A program made the translations under genes and the position numbers. Positions 49,404-59,280 of a stretch of DNA of 64,000 nucleotides are shown one piece after another (position 1 is the first letter of the stretch; each line of letters begins with the position of its first letter). The notes beneath the pieces are model-generated. The model searched no databases and was not told where the DNA came from. It saw only the letters and a program-made list of their open reading frames with translations. The stretch comes from Candidatus Poribacteria bacterium. Its GTDB lineage: Bacteria; Poribacteria; WGA-4E; WGA-3G. The stretch spans positions 2,816,001-2,880,000 of the forward strand of contig OZ251518.1 of assembly GCA_965242965.1 (NCBI GenBank), written 5' to 3'.

Positions 49404-50336
49404 CTACTCTTTCTCTGGCAGCAAGAAAGCTTCTACGCTAAAGTGGAAGCGTATTGTCTCCGTTTCAAGAGAGCCTTGCTTCCGGAGCAAATTGCTGATG
49501 TTTTTGAGCCTTTCAAGCGAACGTTCCGCTGTTTGAATCATTTCAGCATACTTTTGGGCATCCGTCTCTTTCATTACCTGAAGTTGCAGTTCTGTCAACT
49601 CAATCACCTCGGGATAGGTGGCTTTCTTCTTCGGTGCGAGAGCGAGCACGGTGTCAACTATTTTTTCAACGAGCGGATGTTCACCATATTGCAAGGCGAG
49701 TAGCGCGACCAGTTCAGCCCGTGCCGCTTCTGCATCCGTGTCGCGAAGTTTTTCAAAAGCCGCTGCATGCTTGCGCCCTAACCGAAGCACCTCTGCATCT
49801 GTGCCGTGAAGTTTTTCAAAAGCCGCTACATGCTTGCGCGCCAACCGAAGCACCTCGCTCTTGCTCGCCGGGACAGGTTTTTCCACGTCGGTTTTCGGCG
49901 CGTGACTGTGGTGATGCAACGCTTTTTCCATAGCGGCGAACCGTTGGAATGCCTCTTGGTGACGATGTATCTGGACCGAATACTTTTTGACATTGATCTT
50001 CGTTAGCATTCGGATTTCTAATTCAGACACCCGTTTCACATCCGAAGGATGCTCCGTTCCGTTCTGGCTAATGCGGAAGTAGAGCGGCACCCATTCTTCG
50101 GCGAGGCGATGTCCGCCAAACAAGGTGTTGGCAACCTGTTGAAGTTCGGCGCGTGCCGCTTTCGCATCCGTAGCGAGGAGTTCTTGAAAGCGTGTCAGTT
50201 CCTCACCCCAAAGCGTATTGCTGACGAGGCTGAGTTGCGGGGGCACAGTTTCTGAGGTGTCTTCTAACTCACCAAAAGAAAACGTTCCGAGCGTGCAAAG
50301 GACCAGGCATAGCAGGTTCATGATTCCAAATCGCAT
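49404..50336 (-). CDS. Hypothetical secreted helical-repeat protein (family A)
   Basis: AAGGAGG RBS; signal peptide; paralog of 51664-52518; 63-bp tandem duplication at 49731-49856. Confidence 0.8.
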   Translation of the reverse strand: MRFGIMNLLCLVLCTLGTFSFGELEDTSETVPPQLSLVSNTLWGEELTRFQELLATDAKAARAELQQVANTLFGGHRLAEEWVPLYFRISQNGTEHPSDVKRVSELEIRMLTKINVKKYSVQIHRHQEAFQRFAAMEKALHHHSHAPKTDVEKPVPASKSEVLRLARKHVAAFEKLHGTDAEVLRLGRKHAAAFEKLRDTDAEAARAELVALLALQYGEHPLVEKIVDTVLALAPKKKATYPEVIELTELQLQVMKETDAQKYAEMIQTAERSLERLKNISNLLRKQGSLETETIRFHFSVEAFLLPEKE

Positions 50337-50713
50337 GAGAAACCTCCTTGTGAAAAGGCAGGGCGCGCTTTTCGGCGTTAAAGGCACCCCGCTACTCCTC
50401 ACGATTTTTCAGATACCCCAGTCTAAAGACTGGGGATTGTATTCCTTTTAGAGGACACGTTCTCCAGCGACTGGCGGCTTTGCGTTTCGTAGAGGTTGGC
50501 AACCCAACGCTCTCCACGCGACCCCTCAGCAGGGTCAAGAGTGTTATTTGTATCTGGTAGGTGTTTTTGAACAGCGATTATCTCCCTCGCATCAGGTCCC
50601 GTTTCGTCGGTATTGGCTTGCGTATTATTTCACGTCGCACCAAGCAGCGACGGTGGACTGCGTTGTTCACTCGAACGCAGCATTCACACTCAAACCTAGC
50701 AGACTGGTATAGA

Positions 50714-50742
50714 TTATACCACATTTTTCAACCGAATGCAAA
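50714..50742 (-). promoter_or_regulatory. Sigma-70 promoter followed by a ~370 nt leader
   Basis: TTGCAT-N17-TATAAT with extended TG. Confidence 0.6.
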
Positions 50743-50888
50743 TCTTTTTTTCTCATGTTTGCACTGACAAAAGAGGGCGGACTTTCCTCCCCAGACCCGT
50801 ATGGGGTTTCCAGTCCGTAAATTTAGATGAAGATGGACACACGTATCCACAAGACCGCGGGTGGCCGTGAAATACGATGGCACAATCT

Positions 50889-51629
50889 TCATCTGATATC
50901 GCGTCCGTAATTGAGTTGGATAGTAGCCCCCTCTTCAAGGGCTAATTGTTTGATTTCGTGGAGATATGCCAGATGATCAGCGACTATCTGCACCCCTTCA
51001 GGGGCAACAAGCCCGTGCATGAGCCGCAAAAACGCGCTTGTGTTGTCAATAGCATCGTCAATTGTGGCGGTGCCATCATTGAAACGGCTAAAGGTTTCAA
51101 CGAGAATATCGACATCCGGCGAATCCCCATATTGCTCCCGAAATGCCTCGTCTAAGCGTTGATAGGCATAACCCGGGTCTGTTTCCAGATAGGCATTGTA
51201 ATCATCAAATCCCGCTTGGACCTTCGCCATGTCGTAGGGAACCTCCGGTTCGCTCTCCATGAAGTCTTCGGGTTCAAGTAAATCCCCATCTGTTTCTTCG
51301 ATAAACAGGTAGGGGGGCTCATCAAGCGGTGCCGATGGCGGTTCTTCGGCAACCGAGGCAATTTCTGCAAGTCCGGCGGCATCGGTTTCGGTGTTGTCCG
51401 ATTCGGCTGTCCACCGCGATGTTTCGGAAACCGATAAGGCGGCGGTCTGGGTGCGCTCCTGGCGTGTCCGTTCGGAAGGGCCGGCGGTGTCTACCGGGGG
51501 AACTTCGGGCAGCGATGCGTTAAACCGCTTTAATTCCCATCGTTCGTAAACAAAAAAGCCAGCACAGATAAGGACGGCTAGGAGGAGCGCGCCGCCGATA
51601 ATACCGAGATTCTGTCGTCGCAATTTCAT
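50889..51629 (-). CDS. Hypothetical membrane-anchored acidic protein (family B)
   Basis: AAGGAG RBS; TM helix; WELKRFNASLPEVP. Confidence 0.8.
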   Translation of the reverse strand: MKLRRQNLGIIGGALLLAVLICAGFFVYERWELKRFNASLPEVPPVDTAGPSERTRQERTQTAALSVSETSRWTAESDNTETDAAGLAEIASVAEEPPSAPLDEPPYLFIEETDGDLLEPEDFMESEPEVPYDMAKVQAGFDDYNAYLETDPGYAYQRLDEAFREQYGDSPDVDILVETFSRFNDGTATIDDAIDNTSAFLRLMHGLVAPEGVQIVADHLAYLHEIKQLALEEGATIQLNYGRDIR

Positions 51630-51663
51630 GTCGTTCTCCTTTCAGATTGGGGCGGCCCCTGTA

Positions 51664-52518
51664 TTATTTCCCAGATAAAGAAATATTGAACGGCGTTTTC
51701 TGCGCCAGTTTGCCTTGGCGTTCCAGCAGTTTGCTCAGTGCCTTGAGCTGCTTCAAGCCGGACGTAAGTCCTGCAATCTGCTCTGCCTCCCTTTCAGGTG
51801 CCGTGTCTTTCAGCATCTGTATGTGCCACTCCGTCAACTGGATGAGCTCTGGAAAAGTGGCTTCCTTCTCACGAGACAGGCGGAAAAACAGTTCAATCCA
51901 CCCTTCTTTGAGCGGGTGCTCGCCAAACATGAGCGACGCGAATGCAGCCAACTCCGTGCGTGCGGATTTCATATCCGTGAAGAGGTATTCCTCAAAGGCA
52001 GCGGCATGGGCGTTCATCTGCTCAATACGCAAGGCAGTCGCTGCATCTCGCATTTTTGTCCGTTCGCCGGGGGAGTGTTTTTCAAGGAGTAACTCTCCAG
52101 TGTCACCGACTTTCGCCAGAGTGTCAAGGCGTTCAAGTGCTTCTCGGTGGCGTTGTATCTGTTTCGCATATTTCGCCGCATTGATAGCTGTCAGCATGCG
52201 GATTTCCAATTCAGATACACGTTTGACATCCGAAAGATGTTCGCTCCCCTCACGGGAGATGCGGAAATAGAGGGGCACCCATTCTTCCGCGAGCGGATGT
52301 CCACCGAACAGCGTTCCTGCAACGCTTTGGAGTTCAGCGCGCGCCGTTTCCGGTTCGGTGCGGAGCAGTTCCCAAAACGTTTGGAGCGGCTCCGTCCAAA
52401 TCGTCTTGTTTATCCGGTAAGTGGGTGCGTGCCGGTGCGACTCGGGGGCAGCGGCACTTTCCGTTAAGAAACTGACTATTAGCAGCGCGATTATCGCACT
52501 AAAAACGGTCCCTTTCAT
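51664..52518 (-). CDS. Hypothetical secreted helical-repeat protein (family A)
   Basis: AAGGAG RBS; start MKGTVF; two ARxEL...FGxHPL..W..L(Y/F)FR(I/L)SRE repeats. Confidence 0.8.
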   Translation of the reverse strand: MKGTVFSAIIALLIVSFLTESAAAPESHRHAPTYRINKTIWTEPLQTFWELLRTEPETARAELQSVAGTLFGGHPLAEEWVPLYFRISREGSEHLSDVKRVSELEIRMLTAINAAKYAKQIQRHREALERLDTLAKVGDTGELLLEKHSPGERTKMRDAATALRIEQMNAHAAAFEEYLFTDMKSARTELAAFASLMFGEHPLKEGWIELFFRLSREKEATFPELIQLTEWHIQMLKDTAPEREAEQIAGLTSGLKQLKALSKLLERQGKLAQKTPFNISLSGK

Positions 52519-52775
52519 TTTTTCTCTCCTTTGACACCTTAAGGGTGCCTTGATTTTCTTCTCGCACGCCGGATTCCTTTCTGTCTCGCGTGTTTTGAGG
52601 TGAGCATACTTGCATCGAGACCAGGAGGTCTCTCCTACCGGCATGCACTTGGTAACAAAGCGTGGAGGTGAGCATGCCCCCCTGCCGAGCTGTATATCCT
52701 GTGAGTGTGCTGTCTTTCCTTGAGAAGGCAGCAGTCACACGGGACAGACCGGCACGCTTTTCTATAAACTATTGT

Positions 52776-52791
52776 AGCAAGTTCCGTGCCA
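52776..52791 (-). promoter_or_regulatory. Sigma-54 (-24/-12) promoter
   Basis: TGGCACGGAACTTGCT matches TGGCACG-N4-TTGCW exactly. Confidence 0.85.
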
Positions 52792-52834
52792 AAACCGACA
52801 TATCGCTTAGATACGGGCGCCTTGCCATTTGCGC

Positions 52835-52893
52835 ACTGGGACAAAATGACACTATTGATACCTTTTTGCCCATAACTGGGTAAAAATGACCTA
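52835..52893. promoter_or_regulatory. Candidate upstream activator sequences
   Basis: ACTGGGACAAAATGAC and ACTGGGTAAAAATGAC 40 bp apart, with an inverted-like copy between them. Confidence 0.6.
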
Positions 52894-52953
52894 GTGCCAA
52901 CTCAGCATCGCGCACCGTTTCGCCGCGCCGCGTGGCTCAGCAGAAAACTTACT

Positions 52954-53305
52954 TGAGGGTGTTTCATAAATTTATCCCCCTTGGGAGGCGAGCGAATACC
53001 GATAGAAAAGCGAGGGCGTGCATCGGGCCCACCTCTGTAGTTCGGGAGCGCCCGCTCCCGAACGGTCAAGATCGCTTGGCAAACATGCCAGAACTTCAGA
53101 CGATCTTGCCCTACAGGGGTGATGCAGTCTGACAGCCAAACGCATGGTGAGGGAAACCCGCTCGGATGCGCGGGTGGCATCCGAGGGCCCTCGCCCTACG
53201 GGGAAGGGGACTGTTTTTTACCGTAGCGCGGGGGCCTGTCCCCCGCGATCGCAGCATGGCGAGGGGGTTTCACCGCAACGTTGAGTGATTTATGAAACAC
53301 CCTCA
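52954..53305. mobile_element. TIR-bounded core REP cassette (352 bp)
   Basis: TGAGGGTGTTTCATAAAT...ATTTATGAAACACCCTCA; its end supplies the TGA stop of the neighbouring gene. Confidence 0.85.
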
Positions 53306-55315
53306 ATTAAATGCCCGGATAACCTTCACTAACAATCTTTGTCTGAATTCAATAGCGTTCGGATCTCCGAGGATGATGAAAAAGTCGGTGCCGGCATAAC
53401 CGGAACGCCGGAGTGCGAAATAGATGTTCACCCCTTCCGCTTGCCATATCAGCCGACTGCCAAGGCTTAACGCCGGGCTGAAGTCATACGTCAGTGTTAA
53501 AATCTGTTGATACCGCTGCTCAAAATGCCACTGGATTTGGGTGGTAAAGCCCGCCGTGAACCCGTAAGCGCGGAGATTGAGATTTCCGCTGATGCGATGA
53601 AGCCGTTCACCAGCCTGCTCTCCACCTGCATAATTGATACTGACATTGTTAAACCGGTCTGAAGTCCGGATGCCCAAACCGATTGTGAAAACGCTATCGG
53701 TGAATTCTTCAAATCGGCCACCGTTCCAATGGACAGAAAGGGAGTAATCGCTGTGCGTCAAAAGGCTCGCGTATGCCGAAACGCTCCGCCGGAAAACCTC
53801 CCCTTCGTCAGTGTTCGATGCTTCGGACAGGACAGAGAGAAGTGCATTGCGTAGAAATCCTTCGCGCCATTCGTTACGGAGCCATCCACCGAGACTTGCG
53901 CCGCGATACCCGGTAAACGGATGATAGCCGAGATGATTGACGAAATCCGCGGCGGTAAAAAAGGCGGAAAGGTAGGCAAACCCCACCCCGCCGTTGTAAC
54001 TGAAAGCGGCATATCCCGAACTGCCATCGGATTCGCCTGCCCAACTTTGTGCAAAGTTTCCTTGTAGAGAAAACTTCCCCTGGCGCACGTTCCCCGAGAA
54101 ATAGCCAACGTTGTTTGATGACACTTCTCGCTGGTTGTATGACAGCAACGCCGCGCTGATAGTGGATGTAGCCGAAAACGACTGGGACGCGCGGAGAATC
54201 ACGTTCTGGTTATTTCGATGATAGGTGCCTAATGTCCCCACGGATGTGTTTTTACCGATTTTCCCGAAGAGGTTCAGCCCGCCATCCATGTCTACTATCC
54301 GCCGCGAATGGAAATAACTACCGAGACGATAGACATTGCCCCCTTCCAAAAAGAAGGGCCGCCGGTCTGACACGTAGCGTTCACCGTAGGAGAAGTCTAT
54401 CCCTTCCACAGCCTGCTCAAGGTTCTCAAAATCGGGGTTGGCAGTGCCGATGAGCCGGAGCTGCGGTGTTACTTCAAAGCGAAGATTGCCGCCGGCACGC
54501 GCCGTGTATGTCCGTTCTTCTGTCTCGCTGATGCCGCCGATGAGATACGGCAAGAACTTCACCTCCCGTTTGCGCGGCGGCGGCAGCACGTCTATCCAAT
54601 GTCCATCGTTTTCACGGAACTCCTGTAGCCCTAGGTTGCACCACCACGAACGTTCGCCGGTGCGCTGTTGCAACCTGTCAACGTTAATCCCCATCCGAAT
54701 AGGCTTCGTTGTATTCGGATAATCCAACATCTGCCAGGGGATTTCCATTTCAACAACCCATCCATCTGCTACGATTTGCGCGGCGACGTTCCAAAGTCCG
54801 ATCCACTCGCTTTTCTCAGCGCGCCCGGTGGCGAGGTGTGCATATTTCGTGCCGAGGGGATTCGCCATGAAGAAGTTCCTATCGCCGAATTGGTGCGTAT
54901 GGAACGCATCAATGCTGAACGACACCCAGTCTTCGTCGCGGATGCGCGCCTGGTCCTTCGTCTGGCGTGCCACGATTTTATCAGGCATCTCGTCAGAGAG
55001 ATGGAGCCCGACGTAGATGGCTTTGTCCGTGTAAACGAGCCGGAAGACGGACTGATTTCTCGCTGGTTTTTCGGTGCGTTCATCGGTGAAACCCACGCCT
55101 CGCGGTGCATCTTGCCAACAGGTATCGTCAAGAATCCCATCTATCATCGGTGGCTGTGCGGTTTTGTGTGCAGGAAGTTGTTTTTGAACCGTTTGTTCTC
55201 TATCGGGACGCGAGAGCCCACCTACCGGTTCGGGACTAGAACCCTCTCCTACAGCTGCAATGGCGGTGAGGTGGCATAGAGAAAGCCCGATGAGCAGGGG
55301 CATCATGAATCTCAT
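53303..55315 (-). CDS. CBM9-like sugar-binding domain plus DUF5916-like outer-membrane beta-barrel protein
   Basis: Signal peptide; PMIDGILDD.CW, WVVEMEIPW, NPDF..., RRPFFLEG, FHSRRI; alternating beta-strand C-terminus; ATGA overlap with the activator gene. Confidence 0.75.
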   Translation of the reverse strand: MRFMMPLLIGLSLCHLTAIAAVGEGSSPEPVGGLSRPDREQTVQKQLPAHKTAQPPMIDGILDDTCWQDAPRGVGFTDERTEKPARNQSVFRLVYTDKAIYVGLHLSDEMPDKIVARQTKDQARIRDEDWVSFSIDAFHTHQFGDRNFFMANPLGTKYAHLATGRAEKSEWIGLWNVAAQIVADGWVVEMEIPWQMLDYPNTTKPIRMGINVDRLQQRTGERSWWCNLGLQEFRENDGHWIDVLPPPRKREVKFLPYLIGGISETEERTYTARAGGNLRFEVTPQLRLIGTANPDFENLEQAVEGIDFSYGERYVSDRRPFFLEGGNVYRLGSYFHSRRIVDMDGGLNLFGKIGKNTSVGTLGTYHRNNQNVILRASQSFSATSTISAALLSYNQREVSSNNVGYFSGNVRQGKFSLQGNFAQSWAGESDGSSGYAAFSYNGGVGFAYLSAFFTAADFVNHLGYHPFTGYRGASLGGWLRNEWREGFLRNALLSVLSEASNTDEGEVFRRSVSAYASLLTHSDYSLSVHWNGGRFEEFTDSVFTIGLGIRTSDRFNNVSINYAGGEQAGERLHRISGNLNLRAYGFTAGFTTQIQWHFEQRYQQILTLTYDFSPALSLGSRLIWQAEGVNIYFALRRSGYAGTDFFIILGDPNAIEFRQRLLVKVIRAFN

Positions 55316-56388
55316 GCATCTTCCTCCTGAAACATTCTCAATTTGCTGCGCAAAGTCGGACGGCTCACGTCTAAAACCGCGGCGGTTTGCGCCTGATTGC
55401 CATCCAGCCGCGCGAGGGTTTCTAAAATGTATATCTTCTCTACCTGCTTCAAGGTTAACCCCACCGGGATGGCCACGGTAGGTTGGTTTTGCGATGTAAG
55501 CATTGACTGGCCCGGGTCAGGTGCATAAAGTTTTTTCGGTAAATGCTCCGGTAAGATAAGGTTCCCTTCCGAAAGGATGAGTGCGTAAGTGACGCTCTTT
55601 TTGAGTTCTCGGATATTTCCGGGCCAGGCGTAATCTTGAAGGAGCTGGAACGTTTGTGCGGCGAATCTGCCTACCGGTTCATCGGTAGTCGGATGGGGCG
55701 CGTGCGCCTTTAACCGTTCGCTTAGTGGTGGCAGCCGCATAGAAAACCGCGTGAGTTGCGGCGGCTCTTGTGAGAAGTGTTCCACGAGCTCACGGATATC
55801 CTCTTTCCGTTCGCGCAGCGGCGGCAGCGAAATAGAAAACCCCTCAAGTCGATGATAGAGGTCCTCCCGAAATTCGCCTTCGTGAACGGCTTGTTCTAAG
55901 TTGCGGTTGGTTGCGGCGAGAATTCGGACATCCACCGGAATCGGTGCTTTGCCGCCGAGGCGTTCCACCTCGCCTTCCTCCAGCGCGCGCAGCAACTTCG
56001 GTTGGAGTGACAGGGGCAAATCGCCGATTTCATCAAGGAACAGTGTCCCCTTGTCGGCGCGTTCAAACTTCCCAATCCGCTGCTGCTTCGCATCGGTAAA
56101 GGCACCCTGTTCATACCCAAACAGTTCGCTCTCAACGAGGCTCTCCTGAAGCGTCGTGCAGTTGACGACGACGAGCGGCCCCGTTGCGCGGGGGCTGTTG
56201 GTATGTAGGGCGCGTGCTACTAACTCCTTGCCTGTCCCTGTTTCACCGTAAATCATCACGGGGACATCGTGTCTTGCTAGCAACTCAATCTTTTTTAGGA
56301 CTTCAAGAATCTGTGGGCTGCTGCCGATGATGGCACTGTAATCTCCATCTAATGAATCTCTTGTCCTCTCGGCTGTTTTGCGCTGCAT
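55312..56388 (-). CDS. Sigma-54-dependent activator (AAA+ plus Fis HTH) with no N-terminal sensor domain
   Basis: GETGTGKE, ESELFGYEQGAFTDA, LFLDEI, FREDLYHRL, WPGNIREL, GNQAQTAAVL. Confidence 0.92.
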   Translation of the reverse strand: MQRKTAERTRDSLDGDYSAIIGSSPQILEVLKKIELLARHDVPVMIYGETGTGKELVARALHTNSPRATGPLVVVNCTTLQESLVESELFGYEQGAFTDAKQQRIGKFERADKGTLFLDEIGDLPLSLQPKLLRALEEGEVERLGGKAPIPVDVRILAATNRNLEQAVHEGEFREDLYHRLEGFSISLPPLRERKEDIRELVEHFSQEPPQLTRFSMRLPPLSERLKAHAPHPTTDEPVGRFAAQTFQLLQDYAWPGNIRELKKSVTYALILSEGNLILPEHLPKKLYAPDPGQSMLTSQNQPTVAIPVGLTLKQVEKIYILETLARLDGNQAQTAAVLDVSRPTLRSKLRMFQEEDA

Positions 56389-56433
56389 GTTATCGTCCTT
56401 TCATGCCTAACGGCACTGTTATATCAAATTACG

Positions 56434-57005
56434 TCAGGGTGTTTCATAAATCGCTCAATGTTGCGGTGAAACCCGCTCGGATGCGCGTGTGGCATCCGAG
56501 GGCCCCGCGCTACGGTAAAAAAACGCTTTCCCTTCACGTAGGGCGAGGGCCTGTCCCTCGCCATGCTTGATTGCCGCTTTCACCGTAGGGCGAGGGCCTG
56601 TCCCTCGCCATGCACCGGGCTGAGCCGCAAACATCCGGGGTCTCTGGGCTGCGGACGTTTTCCACAGCGGTTGAGAGATCGCGGGGGACAGGCCCCCGCG
56701 CTACGGTAACAAATAAGAAATCGTCACCGTTTACCGTAGGGCGAGGGCCCTCGCATGCCACACGCGCATGCGAGAGGGTTTCCCTCGCCATGCCGAAGGT
56801 CTGTAAGACCTTAATGTCTATAGCATCCTGCACCGCAGCGCACCCTAAGGTCCTTTAGGTCCTTAATGTGCCTTGACTCCCTTGGCTGCCGCTTGATTAA
56901 GGTCCTAGCGGACCTTGAAAACAGTGGCATGTCTGTTTTTCTATAGACATTTAGGTCTTAAAAGACCTAAAGAGGCATCCATAACGGATTTATGAAACAC
57001 CCTCA
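56434..57005. mobile_element. TIR-bounded composite REP cassette (572 bp) with 7-bp target duplication AATTACG
   Basis: TCAGGGTGTTTCATAAATC...GATTTATGAAACACCCTCA, flanked by AATTACG at 56427-56433 and 57006-57012. Confidence 0.9.
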
Positions 57006-57064
57006 AATTACGTTGAACGAACCCGCCGGCAGACTCCTGGCATTTGCATCTGGCCTGTTTCGTC

Positions 57065-59185
57065 TCAATCCAAACCGGTTGCAACCAGAGTGATGCGCAC
57101 CAACTCTTCGGTTTGCAATTCATCGTTGTAGGAAAGCCCGAAGATAACTTGGGCATCCGATGCGGCATTCTGGATAACCTGCATCGCGCTATCCAATTCC
57201 GCCATCATGAAATCCTGTGGCGCGACAACTTCTACCAGCAGACCGGAGGCTTTGGCGAGATTCGCGCCTTCGAGAAGCGGCGAAGAAACGGCGGATTCAG
57301 CCGCGATGCGCCCGCGCTCCTCTCCCACCGCCTGTCCGATGCCCATCGCCGTCCGCCCTGGAACCCGTAAGACAGATTCAACATCGGCGAAGCCAACGCT
57401 AACCTCATGCTCGGCATTTACGATGTTCCCGGTGATGAGTTGAACGCCTCGGATGAGGAGTTCATCGCTAACGCGGAAAACCTCCTGAGTCCGTTTGACA
57501 CTTGTGCCAGAACTTTCGGCAATCGCGTCCCCTTCGTCAATCAGGTGTTGGTTGCCGACAACGATGAGGGAATCTGCAGCGGTTCGGAGTGCTTTCACGC
57601 CGTTTTCGGCTTGCGCCGCGCGCTGCTCTCCCTCAGCATGGAAAGGCAAGGTTACCATCGCAACGGTTAATACGCCGTATCTGCGAGCGAGCGATGCGAT
57701 ACGCGGTGCTGCAACGGTGCCGGTGCCGCCGCCCATGCCAGCAACGATGATAACCATGTCCGCATCCGAGACGAGGGTTTCCAATGCCACGCTATCTTCC
57801 TCCGCTGCCTCTCGTCCAACTTCCGAATTGCCTCTGGCACCAACCCCTTTGGTGGCTTTCTGCCCAATCTGGATTGGTGTGATATCGTCGTAGGCATCCA
57901 AGGCACCGCTGTCGGTGTCAACCGCATAAAATTCAAGTCCGGTTAACCCGGCTTCACGCATGCGATTGACAGCCTTTCCGCCGCCGCCTCCGACACCGAT
58001 AATCTTCACGGTGACAGGTGTCGCCTTCAATTTCATCGGCATGATGAGATAAGTCTGTCCCGATTCACCTACCGGTTCCGCAACTGCCGGATTTAATTCC
58101 CCAGAGCACTTCAGTTGGATACTTTCGGTATCCAGATGCGAGAGTGCCTCCATCAACAACCGCGCATCAAACCCAATCCGCAGGTTTTTCGTGCAAGAAT
58201 CGACAGAGACGGTTTCGTGTGCTCTGCCGAGCCCCGGGGTCTTCGCCGAAAGCCGAATGTTCTTTTCCGGCTCGTTGATTTCCAAGCAGATGGCACAGCC
58301 TTTTTTCAGTTCCGATAACAGGGAGATGCGGCGCACCGCCTGCAGCATCGTCTCGCGCTTGAATACGGTGCGGACTTGCATCGCCCCGGGTTTCGGGATA
58401 ATCTTCTCGTAGTCCGGGTATTCATCATCTATCAAGCGCGCTGTCAGCGTGGTGCGCTCATCGGCGATGCTCAGACACCGCGTCGGGTTAAACGGTTCGC
58501 TGCTCTGGAAGAACGAAACGTTCACCGAGTCCGCATCGGCGAAAATTTGGGGGATGGCTTGCACCGCCTTGAGCGGCACAATGAACCCTGTCACCCCTTC
58601 CGGCGGTGTCAGCGCATCACAGCGCACCAGCGCGAGCTGCCGGCCATCAGTTGCAACTACCTCCGTCCTATCGCCAAGGAAGTTAAAATAGAGCCCGCAC
58701 AGCATTTTCCGCTTTTCTTCCTCGGTGGATGCTGCGAATGCGGTTTTGTGGATAACCTCACGCAGCGTCTGGAGGTGGATGTCCAAAGGCTCTCCCTCAA
58801 ACACGGGGAGCTGTGGGAACTCTGTCGCCGGTAGCCCCACAATGATGAACGTTGGGATGAACGTTGAGGTATCAACGCTGTTCTCACACGTCAACTTCAC
58901 TTGGTTGTTCGCCGGTGTGGTGAGGCGGAGCTCCGAGTCTGGCAGCACCTTGACGATGTCCGTCAGTTTCTTAGCGGGGACGGCAATCGCGCCTTCTTCC
59001 AGAATAGTCCCATCCACCTTAGTGCGAATGCCTACCTCCATGTCCGTGGCGGAGCACTCAATTTTCCCTTCATCCGCCTTGATAAGGACGTTTGAAAGCA
59101 TTGATGAAGGACTGTGCCCATTTGCAACACCCTGCACTATCTGCAGCGAGTGCAAAAGGGGTTCTTTTTGAAACGTTAATTCCAT
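57065..59185 (-). CDS. dnaN-ftsZ: DNA polymerase III beta clamp - FtsZ fusion protein
   Basis: Residues 1 to ~387 are DnaN (SATDMEVG, VATDGRQLAL, ARLIDDEYPDY, IGFDA, YLIMPMKL). The rest is an FtsZ core (IIGVGGGGG, AGMGGGTGT, PFHAEG, FADV, LVATG). No internal stop; AGGAG RBS. Confidence 0.92.
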   Translation of the reverse strand: MELTFQKEPLLHSLQIVQGVANGHSPSSMLSNVLIKADEGKIECSATDMEVGIRTKVDGTILEEGAIAVPAKKLTDIVKVLPDSELRLTTPANNQVKLTCENSVDTSTFIPTFIIVGLPATEFPQLPVFEGEPLDIHLQTLREVIHKTAFAASTEEEKRKMLCGLYFNFLGDRTEVVATDGRQLALVRCDALTPPEGVTGFIVPLKAVQAIPQIFADADSVNVSFFQSSEPFNPTRCLSIADERTTLTARLIDDEYPDYEKIIPKPGAMQVRTVFKRETMLQAVRRISLLSELKKGCAICLEINEPEKNIRLSAKTPGLGRAHETVSVDSCTKNLRIGFDARLLMEALSHLDTESIQLKCSGELNPAVAEPVGESGQTYLIMPMKLKATPVTVKIIGVGGGGGKAVNRMREAGLTGLEFYAVDTDSGALDAYDDITPIQIGQKATKGVGARGNSEVGREAAEEDSVALETLVSDADMVIIVAGMGGGTGTVAAPRIASLARRYGVLTVAMVTLPFHAEGEQRAAQAENGVKALRTAADSLIVVGNQHLIDEGDAIAESSGTSVKRTQEVFRVSDELLIRGVQLITGNIVNAEHEVSVGFADVESVLRVPGRTAMGIGQAVGEERGRIAAESAVSSPLLEGANLAKASGLLVEVVAPQDFMMAELDSAMQVIQNAASDAQVIFGLSYNDELQTEELVRITLVATGLD

Positions 59186-59280
59186 TTTGCAAATCTCCTA
59201 TCTCTCTCAAGAGTTATCAACAGAACAATTCTGCTGAGTCCGGCTCAGCAGATGTGCTGTTAGGTTTTACTGAATAGTGT

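Noticed and set aside
50470-50505. Partial resemblance to a c-di-GMP-I riboswitch (GCCAACC..GAAACGCAAAGC on the minus strand)
   Set aside because: The GAAA-capped stem has no pairing partner and the downstream conserved elements are absent.
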